Source: an uncultured delta proteobacterium (GTDB taxonomy: Bacteria > Desulfobacterota > Binatia > Binatales > Binataceae). From it: a DNA stretch of 64,000 nt. The notes beneath the pieces are model-generated. The model saw only the letters and a list, made by a program, of their open reading frames with translations, was not told where the DNA came from and did no database searches. The stretch spans positions 1,024,001 to 1,088,000 of the forward strand of contig CAWEEQ010000004.1 of the NCBI GenBank assembly GCA_963808235.1. Reading direction: 5' to 3'. The position numbers and the translations under genes were made by a program. Shown here piece by piece: positions 8,593 to 18,092 of the stretch (positions are counted from its first letter, which is position 1; each line of letters starts with the position of its first letter).

Positions 8593-9456
8593 ATGCCTGA
8601 GCTTTCCGCGGCGCCCTCGATAAACGATACGCGCACGCAGGCGTTGCTGGAATTGATCGCGCGGCTGGCTGCGCTCGATCTGACGCAGATCCTGGTTTAT
8701 CGGATCGACTCGGTGCCGGAGGGCGCATTGCCATTTCTCGCGTGGCAGTTCGACATCCTGTCGCCGCTGTGGCAGTTGGTTGCGCCGGTGTCGCTTGGAG
8801 TCGATGCGCTTTCCGATATCGATCTGTTGATCGACATCGACAACCTGATCGAGACCGGCGGAATTGTGTCGGGCGAGAGTCTTACCGAGGCGGCGCAGCG
8901 CGTAATGCTCAAGAGCGCCGTGCCGTTGCATCGCTTCCGCGGAACCCCGTTTGCGGTGAAGCAGGCGCTAGCGTCGCTCGGATGGACGCAGGTCAATCTG
9001 CTTGAAGGGCAATCGAGATGGGGCGGAGCGAGCTATCCTTCGAGCCAGGGTTGGGCGGTTTTTCGGGTGATGATCGACTTGGTGGACGGGCAGAGCGTGG
9101 CGAGCGGGGTGGTATCGACGGCGGCCGCGGCGGTGAATTTTTTCAAGCCTGCGCGCGCATGGCTGGATTCGATTTGGTTTGTGACGCCGCCGGTGTCTGA
9201 TGTGGGGCCGACGCCCTCAGACGAATTCACGCTTGGAGGAATCGTTCAATACCAGATCGACGCGGCTCGAGTACCTGGCGACGGCGGACTGGCTATAGCC
9301 ATTGTGTCCGCGGCAATTGTGGATGCGTACGGTCCGATCATGCCCATTTACGATAGTCACTATCGGCATAGCGGAATCACCTATGGCGTCAACGAGCCCG
9401 AAGTGGCGGATTGCGCCCTGTTGATGAACGGCGCGGCCGTCTTGGACGGAGGTTAA
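8593..9456 (+). CDS. Phage tail protein I (GpI-like)
   Basis: LVYRIDSV..ALPFLAWQF, LHRFRGTPFAVKQAL, WAVFRV and FFKPARAWL. Confidence 0.88.
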   Translation: MPELSAAPSINDTRTQALLELIARLAALDLTQILVYRIDSVPEGALPFLAWQFDILSPLWQLVAPVSLGVDALSDIDLLIDIDNLIETGGIVSGESLTEAAQRVMLKSAVPLHRFRGTPFAVKQALASLGWTQVNLLEGQSRWGGASYPSSQGWAVFRVMIDLVDGQSVASGVVSTAAAAVNFFKPARAWLDSIWFVTPPVSDVGPTPSDEFTLGGIVQYQIDAARVPGDGGLAIAIVSAAIVDAYGPIMPIYDSHYRHSGITYGVNEPEVADCALLMNGAAVLDGG

Positions 9457-9457
9457 G

Positions 9458-9922
9458 ATGAAAAGTCCGGCGGGAATTGTGCGGATCCGACTGCTGAAGC
9501 GAGGTCGCGTCGCGTGGACCTACGAGGGGCGCAATCTTTTCGTGAATGCGGGAAGACCGGCGCTCGCGGCGCTCCTCGGAGGCGATACCGCCGGCGAATT
9601 TGCGGCGGCAGTCGGGTTCGGATCGGGCTCGTTGGCTCCCACAGTGAACGACACGGCGCTGACGGCGCCCGGATACTACAAGGCGCTCGACAGCCACAGC
9701 GAAGACGGCAGTGGGAGCGTGACGTTCAACTGGTCCCTGACCGGGGCTGACACGGGAGCGCTGGGAATAACAATTCAGGAATTGGCGCTGTTCGCGAATC
9801 ACGCGAGCGCGGGCTTGCCGGGTACAACCGCGCCGACTCCGATGCTCGCGCGCAAGACGATCGCGCCGATAGTCTTCGGGACGGGAATGAGTATCAGCGG
9901 CACGTGGACCCTTACTTTCTGA
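9458..9922 (+). CDS. Tail-fibre baseplate-anchor-like protein
   Basis: NLFVNAG..ALA.LLGG, GFGSG..APT..DTAL, IQELALF and LARKT...GTWTLTF resemble fibre N-terminal anchor domains encoded as a stand-alone gene. Confidence 0.65.
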   Translation: MKSPAGIVRIRLLKRGRVAWTYEGRNLFVNAGRPALAALLGGDTAGEFAAAVGFGSGSLAPTVNDTALTAPGYYKALDSHSEDGSGSVTFNWSLTGADTGALGITIQELALFANHASAGLPGTTAPTPMLARKTIAPIVFGTGMSISGTWTLTF

Positions 9923-9930
9923 GGTAGTCA

Positions 9931-10494
9931 ATGGCTACACTAATCGACGCAGCGGAGTTTACCTCGAATGAGGTTTACCAAATTCAAGCGACCGACCCGG
10001 TCGAGGGCGCGGCGAGTGGCGCGACCTTCAACGGCACCGGCATTTCCAACCAGCCGCATCAGCAACTTGCAAATCGAACCGCGTTCCTGAAGCAGCGCCA
10101 GGATGTGAACATCGGGAATATCGGCGTCCTGCAGGCATTCATGGGCGCGTTCGCGGGTTCGATCTCGGGAAATGGATATCTGACAATTCCGATCGCGGAT
10201 GTGAATCGCGGATCGATCGTTGCGATTTTGGAGTGGGGCGCGATGTTTCCGGGTGGGGGTCTGGATGACGATACGAACTACGCGGTGACCTGGCCGACGG
10301 CATTTCCCAACGCGTGCATCTGGGCGATGGCGACGCTCGCGAATCCGCGTGGGAGAGCGCATATCGCAAAGTTGGTAATAGATGTCGTCAGTTACACCAG
10401 GACGATAGGTACGTTTCGATCGGCCTTCATCGCCGGCTCGGACAGCACCCAGGCTCCGAACGACGGCTTTTACTGGATGGCGATCGGATTCTGA
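9931..10494 (+). CDS. Short tail fibre protein (gp53-like C-terminal domain)
   Basis: VYQI..TDPVEG..SN.PHQQLANRTAFLK fibre N-terminal motif; NGYL.IP..LEWG..WPTAFPNAC...YWMAIGF tip domain. Confidence 0.75.
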   Translation: MATLIDAAEFTSNEVYQIQATDPVEGAASGATFNGTGISNQPHQQLANRTAFLKQRQDVNIGNIGVLQAFMGAFAGSISGNGYLTIPIADVNRGSIVAILEWGAMFPGGGLDDDTNYAVTWPTAFPNACIWAMATLANPRGRAHIAKLVIDVVSYTRTIGTFRSAFIAGSDSTQAPNDGFYWMAIGF

Positions 10495-10501
10495 ACGCGA
10501 G

Positions 10502-11944
10502 TCAGGCGAGAGCGGCGATGATTCGTTCCATCGCGATTCCGCGGGAGCCTTTGACCAGCAGGACGTCGCCGGCGCGGACCAATCCGGCGACGAGATCGGC
10601 GGCGGCGGCGGAATCGGGCGCGACGAGAACATCAGAGGGAAGGCTCGAGCCCGCGACCGTCGCGAGCCCGGCGCTCATTTCGGGGCCGACGGCGACGAAC
10701 GCGGCGGGCCGTTCGCGCATGATGTCGCGGATGGCGTCATGGTGCGCGGCCGCACTCATCGCACCCAACTCGAGCATATCGCCCATCGCAATCACGAGGC
10801 GCGCGCCGAGGCCATGCGCGACCTCGCGCGCCGCGCTGAGTGCAACGCGAATCGAGCGCGGGTTCGAGTTATAGGTGTCGTCGATCACGATAACGCCGCC
10901 AATGGTGGAGCTCGACAAGCGCCCGGCGACTGGCTTTGCACTGGCGAGCGCAGCGGCGATTGCGGCTAATTCGGGAGCGTTGAAAGGCTTGGGGCGTATC
11001 GCGGCGAGAGCTGCAATCGCGGCGGCACAATTAAGCGCGGCAGTTTCACCCAGGAGAGCGATTTCGGTTTCGACAAACGGTTCGACGCCGGTGGAGACGA
11101 ACGAGCGGGCAATTTCGATTTTGATCTGCGATCGAGCGCCTACGATCCTGCCACGAAGCCGCACGGTCGCATCGGGCGATTTGCCAAACGTGATTAGCTT
11201 CAGATGTTTCGGTATGCGTGCGAGGACGAGCGGTTCTTCGGCTGAGGCGACCGCATAACGTCTGGCGGTTGAGAACAGCGCCGCTTCCTCATCGGCGATC
11301 TCGTCGAGAGTGCCGAGGCCCTCGCTATGTTCGAGATCGACGTTGAGGACAATCGCGGCGTCCGGCTCCACGATGCGTGCGAGCTTTGGAATTTCTCCGC
11401 GGGTGTTGGTGCCGCATTCGAGCACGACGGCGTTGTGCCGGTCGGTGAGCGTGAAGATCGTCATCGGCACGCCGATGAGATTGTTGAAATTAGCGGTGGT
11501 CGATAAAGCGGTTCCGAAGAGCGCGCGAGTGATGGCGGCAGTCAGCTCCTTGGTCGTGGTTTTGCCGGCGGCGCCTCCGATTGCGAGCACCGGGAGCGGA
11601 CGTTTGGCGCGAATCCTCGCGAGATGGCTATGCGCGAGATTGCCGAGCGCGGCGAGCGTGTCGGCAACCTCGATGCAGGCTAGTGCGGAAGTTTGTCTTC
11701 CGGTCTCGACGACTGCGGCCCTCGCGCCGCGCTCGCGGGCTTGCGCGAGATAGTCGTGGCCGTCGGATCCGACGCCGCGAAGCGCGACGAACAGATTGCC
11801 CGGCACGAGCGAGCGAGTATCGATGCTGACGCCTTTGATCGCGCCGTCGCCAATCTCGGTCGAAGAGTGGAGCCGGCCGCCGCACGCCTCGACCACTTCG
11901 GCGAGAGTGAACTCACATTGATTGCTGGGAATCGGCGTCGTCAT
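10502..11944 (-). CDS. murF: UDP-N-acetylmuramoyl-tripeptide--D-Ala-D-Ala ligase
   Basis: SIDTRSL..GNLFVALRG..DGHDY, GKTTTKE, NFNNLIGVP, IDDTYNSNP, GDMLELG and LVKGSRG. Confidence 0.96.
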   Translation of the reverse strand: MTTPIPSNQCEFTLAEVVEACGGRLHSSTEIGDGAIKGVSIDTRSLVPGNLFVALRGVGSDGHDYLAQARERGARAAVVETGRQTSALACIEVADTLAALGNLAHSHLARIRAKRPLPVLAIGGAAGKTTTKELTAAITRALFGTALSTTANFNNLIGVPMTIFTLTDRHNAVVLECGTNTRGEIPKLARIVEPDAAIVLNVDLEHSEGLGTLDEIADEEAALFSTARRYAVASAEEPLVLARIPKHLKLITFGKSPDATVRLRGRIVGARSQIKIEIARSFVSTGVEPFVETEIALLGETAALNCAAAIAALAAIRPKPFNAPELAAIAAALASAKPVAGRLSSSTIGGVIVIDDTYNSNPRSIRVALSAAREVAHGLGARLVIAMGDMLELGAMSAAAHHDAIRDIMRERPAAFVAVGPEMSAGLATVAGSSLPSDVLVAPDSAAAADLVAGLVRAGDVLLVKGSRGIAMERIIAALA

Positions 11945-12098
11945 TTTAGATAAACTGCCGGGTCCATTGTGCCGAATTATCGCCAGCGGTTATACCGCCA
12001 CGTTCTTGACATGACGCCGAGAGCGAATCAGCCTTCAGATTCGACTTTTCGACGGGCATTCGATGAAGAGGCGAACAGCTTCGGGGAGGCAGGAATCG

Positions 12099-12587
12099 AT
12101 GGCAGAGGCGCCGATGGTTGGCGTGATAATGGGCAGCAAGAGCGACTGGGAGTACATGTCGGCGGCGGCCGAAGTCATGGAAGAACTTAAAGTGCCGCAT
12201 GAAGTTCGGATTTTATCGGCGCATCGTACTCCTGACGAGACGCTCGAATATTCCGCGGGAGCAGCGGGGCGCGGTCTGCGGGTGATAATCGCGGGCGCGG
12301 GCGGCGCGGCGCATCTGGCGGGAGTGGTCGCGGCAAAGACGATCCTTCCGGTGATCGGGGTGCCGATGCCGACCACGTCGCTCAATGGAATCGATTCGCT
12401 GCTGTCGATCGTGCAGATGCCCAAGGGAGTGCCGGTGGCGACGATGGCGATTGGAAAGCCGGGCGCGGCGAATGCGGGTCTGTACGCGGTGCAAATTATC
12501 GCGCTTGGCGACGCCAAGCTCGGCGCGAGGCTCAGGAAATGGCGATTGGCGCGGGCGCAGGAATTGTTGCAGCAGAAAATTCCCTAG
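12099..12587 (+). CDS. purE: N5-CAIR mutase
   Basis: VGVIMGSKSD, SAHRTP, IAGAGGAAHLAG and SIVQMPKGVPVAT. Confidence 0.97.
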   Translation: MAEAPMVGVIMGSKSDWEYMSAAAEVMEELKVPHEVRILSAHRTPDETLEYSAGAAGRGLRVIIAGAGGAAHLAGVVAAKTILPVIGVPMPTTSLNGIDSLLSIVQMPKGVPVATMAIGKPGAANAGLYAVQIIALGDAKLGARLRKWRLARAQELLQQKIP

Positions 12588-12619
12588 CCGGCGAGTGCTC
12601 GCCGCGCGAGGTTTATTGG

Positions 12620-13681
12620 ATGAAAAAGAGCGAAGTCGATACGCCCGCGCTGATCCTGGATCTCGACATCGCGGAGGAAAATATTCGCGCGATGGGGGCG
12701 TACTTTGCGGCGCGCTCGCAGAAGCTGCGGCCACATTTCAAAACGCCGAAGACACCCGAGATAGCGCGTCGCCAGCTCGCGGCGGGTGCGATCGGGATCA
12801 CCGCATCGAAGCTCGGCGAGGTCGAGGTGCTGGCGCGCGCGGGACTCGGACCGGTGTTGCTCGCGAACCAGATCGCGGGGGCGCAGAAGATCGATCGCTT
12901 TTTTGCGTCGGCGGCGCGAATCGAATTGATCGGGACGGTCGAAAGCGCATTCAACGCGCGCGAGTTCGAAGCGGGCGCCGCACGGGCGGGACGCACAGCC
13001 GACGTGATAATCGAAGTGGACACGGGGATGCATCGATGCGGCACCGAGTCGCCGGAAGAGACGATCGAACTGGCGCGCTTGATCAAAAGCAGCGGGCTCA
13101 ACTATCGCGGCGTGATGGGTTATGAGGGGCACGCGGTTTTGATTCCCGACGCGGAGAAACGAGTGGCGCTTGCGCGCAAGGCGTTGACGCGGCTCGGCCA
13201 ACACGTCGAGGCGCTGCAGAGCGCCGGACTTGCGCCCGAGATCGTGAGCGCAGGAGGGACAGGAACTTTCGACATCGCAGGGAACTGGCCCGAAGTGACG
13301 GAAGTGCAGGCGGGCTCCTATGTGTTCATGGATGGCGCGTATCGTAACGTGCGCCCCGACCTCGGACGGCCCGCACTCACGCTGCTCGCGACAGTGATCT
13401 CGCGACGCGGCGACCGCGCGATAATCGATGCGGGCATGAAATCTCTCACCAATGAATTCGGGGCGCCGGTCGGCAAAACGATTGCGGTCAAGATCGTGGG
13501 GCTCTCCGAGGAGCATGGACATCTTGGTGCCGGTGAGAGCAGTCTCGAAGCGGGATCGAAAATCGAGCTGATTCCGAGCCACAACGACACGACGATCAAT
13601 CTGCACAGCGAATACTACGTGGTGCGCGGTGACGAAGTGATCGCGACATGGCCGATAGAAGCGGCGCGGGCGTACCGATGA
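12620..13681 (+). CDS. DSD1-family PLP-dependent enzyme (D-threonine aldolase/D-serine dehydratase-like)
   Basis: DTPALILD, LRPHFKTPK (PLP lysine), EVDTGMHRCG, YEGH, GGTGT, QAGSYVFMD and LSEEHG. Confidence 0.88.
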   Translation: MKKSEVDTPALILDLDIAEENIRAMGAYFAARSQKLRPHFKTPKTPEIARRQLAAGAIGITASKLGEVEVLARAGLGPVLLANQIAGAQKIDRFFASAARIELIGTVESAFNAREFEAGAARAGRTADVIIEVDTGMHRCGTESPEETIELARLIKSSGLNYRGVMGYEGHAVLIPDAEKRVALARKALTRLGQHVEALQSAGLAPEIVSAGGTGTFDIAGNWPEVTEVQAGSYVFMDGAYRNVRPDLGRPALTLLATVISRRGDRAIIDAGMKSLTNEFGAPVGKTIAVKIVGLSEEHGHLGAGESSLEAGSKIELIPSHNDTTINLHSEYYVVRGDEVIATWPIEAARAYR

Positions 13682-14343
13682 AGAATGCGGGCGCGAAAAC
13701 TATTCGAGGCGCGGTCGCGATGCTCGCGGCGATAGCGGCAGTCGCGGGAACTGCGCGCGCGACCGACGTCAAGATGTCCGGAAAGCTCAGGCTGCCGCCG
13801 GACGCCAACGTCGTCGCGATATGCACCGATCCGGTGGTGCAGAAAATACTCAATGACGACTTGCGCGCGGCGCGGCGCGGGAGCGGGCCGGACGAGCGCA
13901 TGGTGACGCTGACGGTTACGGTCAGTCAGCAGATGCTCAAACCCGGGGTCTCGTTGAATCAAATGTTTCCCGGCGATCCTTCGATGGTCGAGTTGCTGAA
14001 GGAGGCGGGCGCGGACGCGCCGGCGCTTGGCGACACCGGCAGTCAGCCGATAGATCCGTATGCGAATGAGGCGCGCCGCAATGCGCTCACTCCCGACGAT
14101 CCGGTGACGGCGCAGTTCAGGGCCTACCAGGCGAGGCAGCAGGTGATGCGCGGTACGAATGCACCGACGCCCTACGACAAGATTCCGGAAAACGAAATTT
14201 ACTCCACCGTGATTGTCGCGCGCGCGTCGCTCGAGGGCGCTTTCGATCAGATGAAAGTCGTGGCCGTGGTGAATTCAGGCGACGACACTCGGCGGGCCAA
14301 GGAACTGGTGGCCGAAGAGATCGCCAACGCGATATTGCATTAG
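13678..14343 (+). CDS. Hypothetical exported protein
   Basis: Signal peptide ending TARA; ATGA overlap with the upstream stop. Confidence 0.75.
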   Translation: MKNAGAKTIRGAVAMLAAIAAVAGTARATDVKMSGKLRLPPDANVVAICTDPVVQKILNDDLRAARRGSGPDERMVTLTVTVSQQMLKPGVSLNQMFPGDPSMVELLKEAGADAPALGDTGSQPIDPYANEARRNALTPDDPVTAQFRAYQARQQVMRGTNAPTPYDKIPENEIYSTVIVARASLEGAFDQMKVVAVVNSGDDTRRAKELVAEEIANAILH

Positions 14344-14349
14344 CGGGTG

Positions 14350-15057
14350 CTAGTCGTCAGTCGCGGGAGCGGGAATCGGACGAGGCGCCCGCTGCGCGGG
14401 ACGCGGCGCTTGCGGCACGACGGCTTGCGGCGGCGTTACCCTGTTAAGAGTCGGTGGAGCGGGCGGAATCGCGGCGGGCGCGGAAGGTTCTGCTGCGGGC
14501 TCGGGATTGGTGACTATGGTTGCCGGCGGCAAGCTCTCGGGCGCAATCGCGGCGGGCGACGCAACCGGCGCAGGGTTCTCGGCGTGTCGATCGAAGAATC
14601 GGCGATAAGCGAAATCCGCAAGCAGAACGAGCACCGCGACAACCAGCGCGAAGATCGCGACTTGGCCCGCCCGGCCGGTCCGCTTGGTGACCACCGTGAT
14701 TTCTTGCGAGATTCGCACCACGTTGGCCTCGGCGTGTTGAACGTCGCGGACGAAGCGCGACGCGACGTCCTCGGCGTCGAGACCGAGAAAGCTTGCGTAG
14801 CGGCGCAGAAATGGCACCAGGTAAAGCTGATCGGAAATCAGGCCGTAGCTGTCGGTCTCGATCATCTTGACGTAGTGGGCGGGAAGATGGGCCTCGACGA
14901 CAACCTGCTCGCGGGTGAGGCCTTTGCGTTCGCGAGCCTCAGTCACTATCTGGCCGAGCGAAATTTCCGGTTCGGCAGCCGAGGTTCCGGAATCGGTATC
15001 CCGCGATTTGCCTTTGGATTTTTTGTCAGCCACCTGTGATTCAGTCTCTCCCGGCAA
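14350..15057 (-). CDS. RodZ-like HTH membrane protein
   Basis: LGQIVTEARERKGLT, YLVPFLRRYASFLGLD, one TM helix and a Pro-rich tail; start uncertain. Confidence 0.8.
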   Translation of the reverse strand: MPGETESQVADKKSKGKSRDTDSGTSAAEPEISLGQIVTEARERKGLTREQVVVEAHLPAHYVKMIETDSYGLISDQLYLVPFLRRYASFLGLDAEDVASRFVRDVQHAEANVVRISQEITVVTKRTGRAGQVAIFALVVAVLVLLADFAYRRFFDRHAENPAPVASPAAIAPESLPPATIVTNPEPAAEPSAPAAIPPAPPTLNRVTPPQAVVPQAPRPAQRAPRPIPAPATDD

Positions 15058-15139
15058 ATCGCCTGAGGCGAATGCGAAATTCCACTTAGGAGAAAGCTAC
15101 CGTCGGATGAGGACGAATCCAAGTACCCCAATTTCGGCG

Positions 15140-16849
15140 TCATCGCGTCTGAGACGATTCGGCGGACGGCGCGGCATGAGGGCTATTGTAGAGCGCAAAT
15201 TTCTTACCTTCGAATCCCAATATCACCGGCGGCGGCTTTAGCGAGTTTCGTAGCGCCGGCAAATCCCGGTCGTTTGCGATCAGAATCATGCATCCGCTGG
15301 ACGACCAAATCTCATTCAGGCGCGTGTCGGAACCGATTATGAATGGTGACTTGAGGGCGGTAGGTGGAGCGACCTCCGAGAGTTCGCCCCAGTACAAAAC
15401 CCGGGTCTCGCGGCGGCCGGTGTAAAACGGAATCGACTGTATGTAGTGGCGATACGAGGCGATTGCGCAGTCGCTCGCGAGGTAGGGCTGCACGATGTGG
15501 GCGAGGTTGCGATAGGTGGAGAACGAGCTTGCGTCCTCGCGCGCGCTGCTGGTCAGTGGAATCGCCGCGAGCATCGCAAGTGCGATCGCGCCGATCGCAT
15601 AAGGCACGCGTGATGCGTCGCGTCCGAGTGCGTACATCAGGACAGCGCCGCCGGCGACGATAAGAGAGAGAAATAGTCCATCGAGCGCGAGCGAGGGATT
15701 TGTGCTGCCCGCTACGGTTTTGAAAAAGACGATACCGGTCAGCGCAAAAACGACGCTGGTGATCACTACTGCGGCGAGAGTGCGGCGGCGCAAATTTGCC
15801 GCGATCGAGCTCAGTCGAAAGAGACCGTATCCGGCGACGATCGCGAGCGGCGGGAGCGCGGGCAGAATGTAGGTGCCGAGTTTGGAGCGGGGGATCGAGA
15901 AGAAAACGAAGATGACCAGGAACCAGATGGCGAGAAAGCTCGCGGCGGCGCGGCGCTGACCTCCGCTCTCGGAGCGGTCGTCGCCGGTGCGCATCGCGGA
16001 CCATCCGATCGGCGTGAAGAAAATCCATGGCCAGGTTCCACCAGCAACTATTGGAATAAAGAACCACGGACCCCATCCGTGCTCGTTCGAACTGACGTAG
16101 CGCTGGAGATGTTCATGGATGAAAAAGAACTTCAGGAAACCGGGATTTCGCGTTTCCATCAAGACGAACCATGGCATGACAATCGCGCAGTAAACGACAG
16201 CACACCAGGCGAGCGGCATTCGGAGGATCGCGGCGAGCCGCCGCTCCGATGCGAGCCATATGGAAACGATCGCGACGCCAAGAAACAGCGCGACAGGTCC
16301 TTTGGCAAGAGTGCCGAGCGCCAGCATCGCAGAGGAAGCGATCAGCCATCGGCGCGAGGGCGGCGCTGCGAACGAGTCATGGCGCGCGGCGGCATAAAAC
16401 GCGGCGAGCGCCGCGGTCAGAAAAAATGCGAGTGCGGGATCGAGCGTTGCGAATCGCGCGAGGCCGAAGAACAGCGGGCTCAGCGCGAGCGCGAGTGCGG
16501 CGAGGAACCCGGCCGTCGCGCCGAGCATCGCCTCGGCCAACGCGGCGGTGACCACAACCTCGCCGACGCTGAAGAGGGCGGCTGGCAATCGCACCGCGAA
16601 CTCGCTTGCGCCGAAGGTTTGAATTGCGGCGGCCTCGGCCCAATAAACTAACGGTGGCTTTTCGAAGTAGAGTTCGAAGTCGTCGCGTGGCGTTACGTAG
16701 TCGCCCGATACGACCATCTCGCGAGCGATTTCGGCGTAACGACCTTCGTCTGGTTCCCAGAGCGCTGGATGGCCGAGGCCGGGAATGTAGAGAATCGCGG
16801 CCAGGATGGCGTAGATACTGAGGCGAAGAGATCGGTTGGACGCTAGCAT
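15140..16849 (-). CDS. arnT: ArnT-like GT39 (4-amino-4-deoxy-L-arabinose transferase family)
   Basis: PDEGRYAEIAREM, YFEKPPLVYW, LAKGPVA, SKLGTYILP and many TM helices. Confidence 0.85.
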   Translation of the reverse strand: MLASNRSLRLSIYAILAAILYIPGLGHPALWEPDEGRYAEIAREMVVSGDYVTPRDDFELYFEKPPLVYWAEAAAIQTFGASEFAVRLPAALFSVGEVVVTAALAEAMLGATAGFLAALALALSPLFFGLARFATLDPALAFFLTAALAAFYAAARHDSFAAPPSRRWLIASSAMLALGTLAKGPVALFLGVAIVSIWLASERRLAAILRMPLAWCAVVYCAIVMPWFVLMETRNPGFLKFFFIHEHLQRYVSSNEHGWGPWFFIPIVAGGTWPWIFFTPIGWSAMRTGDDRSESGGQRRAAASFLAIWFLVIFVFFSIPRSKLGTYILPALPPLAIVAGYGLFRLSSIAANLRRRTLAAVVITSVVFALTGIVFFKTVAGSTNPSLALDGLFLSLIVAGGAVLMYALGRDASRVPYAIGAIALAMLAAIPLTSSAREDASSFSTYRNLAHIVQPYLASDCAIASYRHYIQSIPFYTGRRETRVLYWGELSEVAPPTALKSPFIIGSDTRLNEIWSSSGCMILIANDRDLPALRNSLKPPPVILGFEGKKFALYNSPHAAPSAESSQTR

Positions 16850-16952
16850 CGTCGGAACAGCAGTCTCGCGAGGTGATCGGGCGCGGTCAACCTGTAGGCG
16901 CGCGCTATCTTTAATTCCCCGAGGCTGTCTGCAAGAATCAACTCACGCGACT

Positions 16953-18068
16953 GTGATCGATGACCCTTCAGGTCGCGCACATTTCTTGAGCTTCCCCGAC
17001 AAAATATCACCGATTCGGAACACTTCTACCTTTTCGCGCACGACCGGCGAACTGGTCACGATCGTGGTGCCGGTGTTCAACGAATCGGCGAACCTGGCGT
17101 CGCTCTGGTCGCGCCTCAAGCCGGTGCTCGACGGTCTGGACCGTCCGTGGGAGACCGTTTTTATCGATGACGGATCCCGTGATGATTCTCTATCGATACT
17201 TTGCGAAATTGCGGCGGGCGAAGAGGGCCGCGTGCAAGTGGTCGAGCTGGCGCGCAACTTCGGACAGCATTCCGCGATTCTCGCAGGATTCAGGCAGGCA
17301 CGCGGCGAGATAGTGGTCACGCTCGACGCAGACCTGCAAAATCCGCCGGAAGAAATTCCGCGCCTGATCGCGGCGATCGACGAGGGCAACGACGTGGTGG
17401 GCGGATGGCGCGAGGAGCGTCACGACCAGATGTACAGGAAGTACGCGTCGCGGCTGCACAACCGGTTGACGTCGATGATTGTCGGCGTGCCGATGCATGA
17501 CTACGGATGCATGCTGCGCGCCTATCGGCGGCATATCGTCGAGACGGTAGTCGATTGCGACGAGAAGGCGGCGTTCGTGCCGGCGCTCGCCAACACCTTT
17601 GCCAAGCGCGTCGCCGAAATTCCTGTCGGCCACGACGATCGCGCCAGCGGCGAATCGAAGTACAACCTGTTCGGATTGGCGAAGCTGAGTCTCAATCTGA
17701 TTACCGGATTTTCGCTCATCCCGATTCAGATGCTGAGCATGACCGGGATCGGAATCTCGATGCTGGCCGTAATGATGGCGGTCGTACTGCTCGCCCATCG
17801 GTTGATTTACGGCCCGCAAGAAGAGGGCGCGCTGTGGACGTTGTTCGCGGTGCTGTTCTTTTTCATCGGGATGATATTTCTCGCGCTCGGGCTGATCGGC
17901 GAATACGCCGGACGTATCTATATAGAAGTGCGGGGTCGCCCTACCTATATCATCCGAAAGATCCACTCGCCTGATCGCAAATTGGGCGATTCGAAATCCG
18001 ATAAAGCGCGAGATGCGAATGGAGCCGAGCGCAAGGCGGACGATTCGGAAGCCAACAAACGCGACTGA
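16953..18068 (+). CDS. arnC: ArnC-like undecaprenyl-phosphate glycosyltransferase (GT2)
   Basis: IVVPVFNE, IDDGSRD, RNFGQHSA, LDADLQNPPEEIP, DYGCMLRAY and two C-terminal TM helices; start uncertain. Confidence 0.85.
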   Translation: MIDDPSGRAHFLSFPDKISPIRNTSTFSRTTGELVTIVVPVFNESANLASLWSRLKPVLDGLDRPWETVFIDDGSRDDSLSILCEIAAGEEGRVQVVELARNFGQHSAILAGFRQARGEIVVTLDADLQNPPEEIPRLIAAIDEGNDVVGGWREERHDQMYRKYASRLHNRLTSMIVGVPMHDYGCMLRAYRRHIVETVVDCDEKAAFVPALANTFAKRVAEIPVGHDDRASGESKYNLFGLAKLSLNLITGFSLIPIQMLSMTGIGISMLAVMMAVVLLAHRLIYGPQEEGALWTLFAVLFFFIGMIFLALGLIGEYAGRIYIEVRGRPTYIIRKIHSPDRKLGDSKSDKARDANGAERKADDSEANKRD

Positions 18069-18092
18069 CTAACTATCTCGAGAGCTTCGACC

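Larger units (their letters stand above)
1..10494 (+). mobile_element. Phage-derived contractile tail gene cluster (prophage tail module or tailocin-like element), left end outside window
   Basis: Co-oriented, tightly spaced sheath-tube-TAC-TMP-U-X-D-V-W-J-I-fibre genes. Confidence 0.85.

Noticed and set aside
276-10494. T6SS or canonical eCIS (Afp/PVC/MAC)
   Set aside because: No TssJLM, ClpV or TssK, and no Afp15 ATPase or DUF4255 in the window. The components are P2-type (FI/FII/U/X/D/V/W/J/I).
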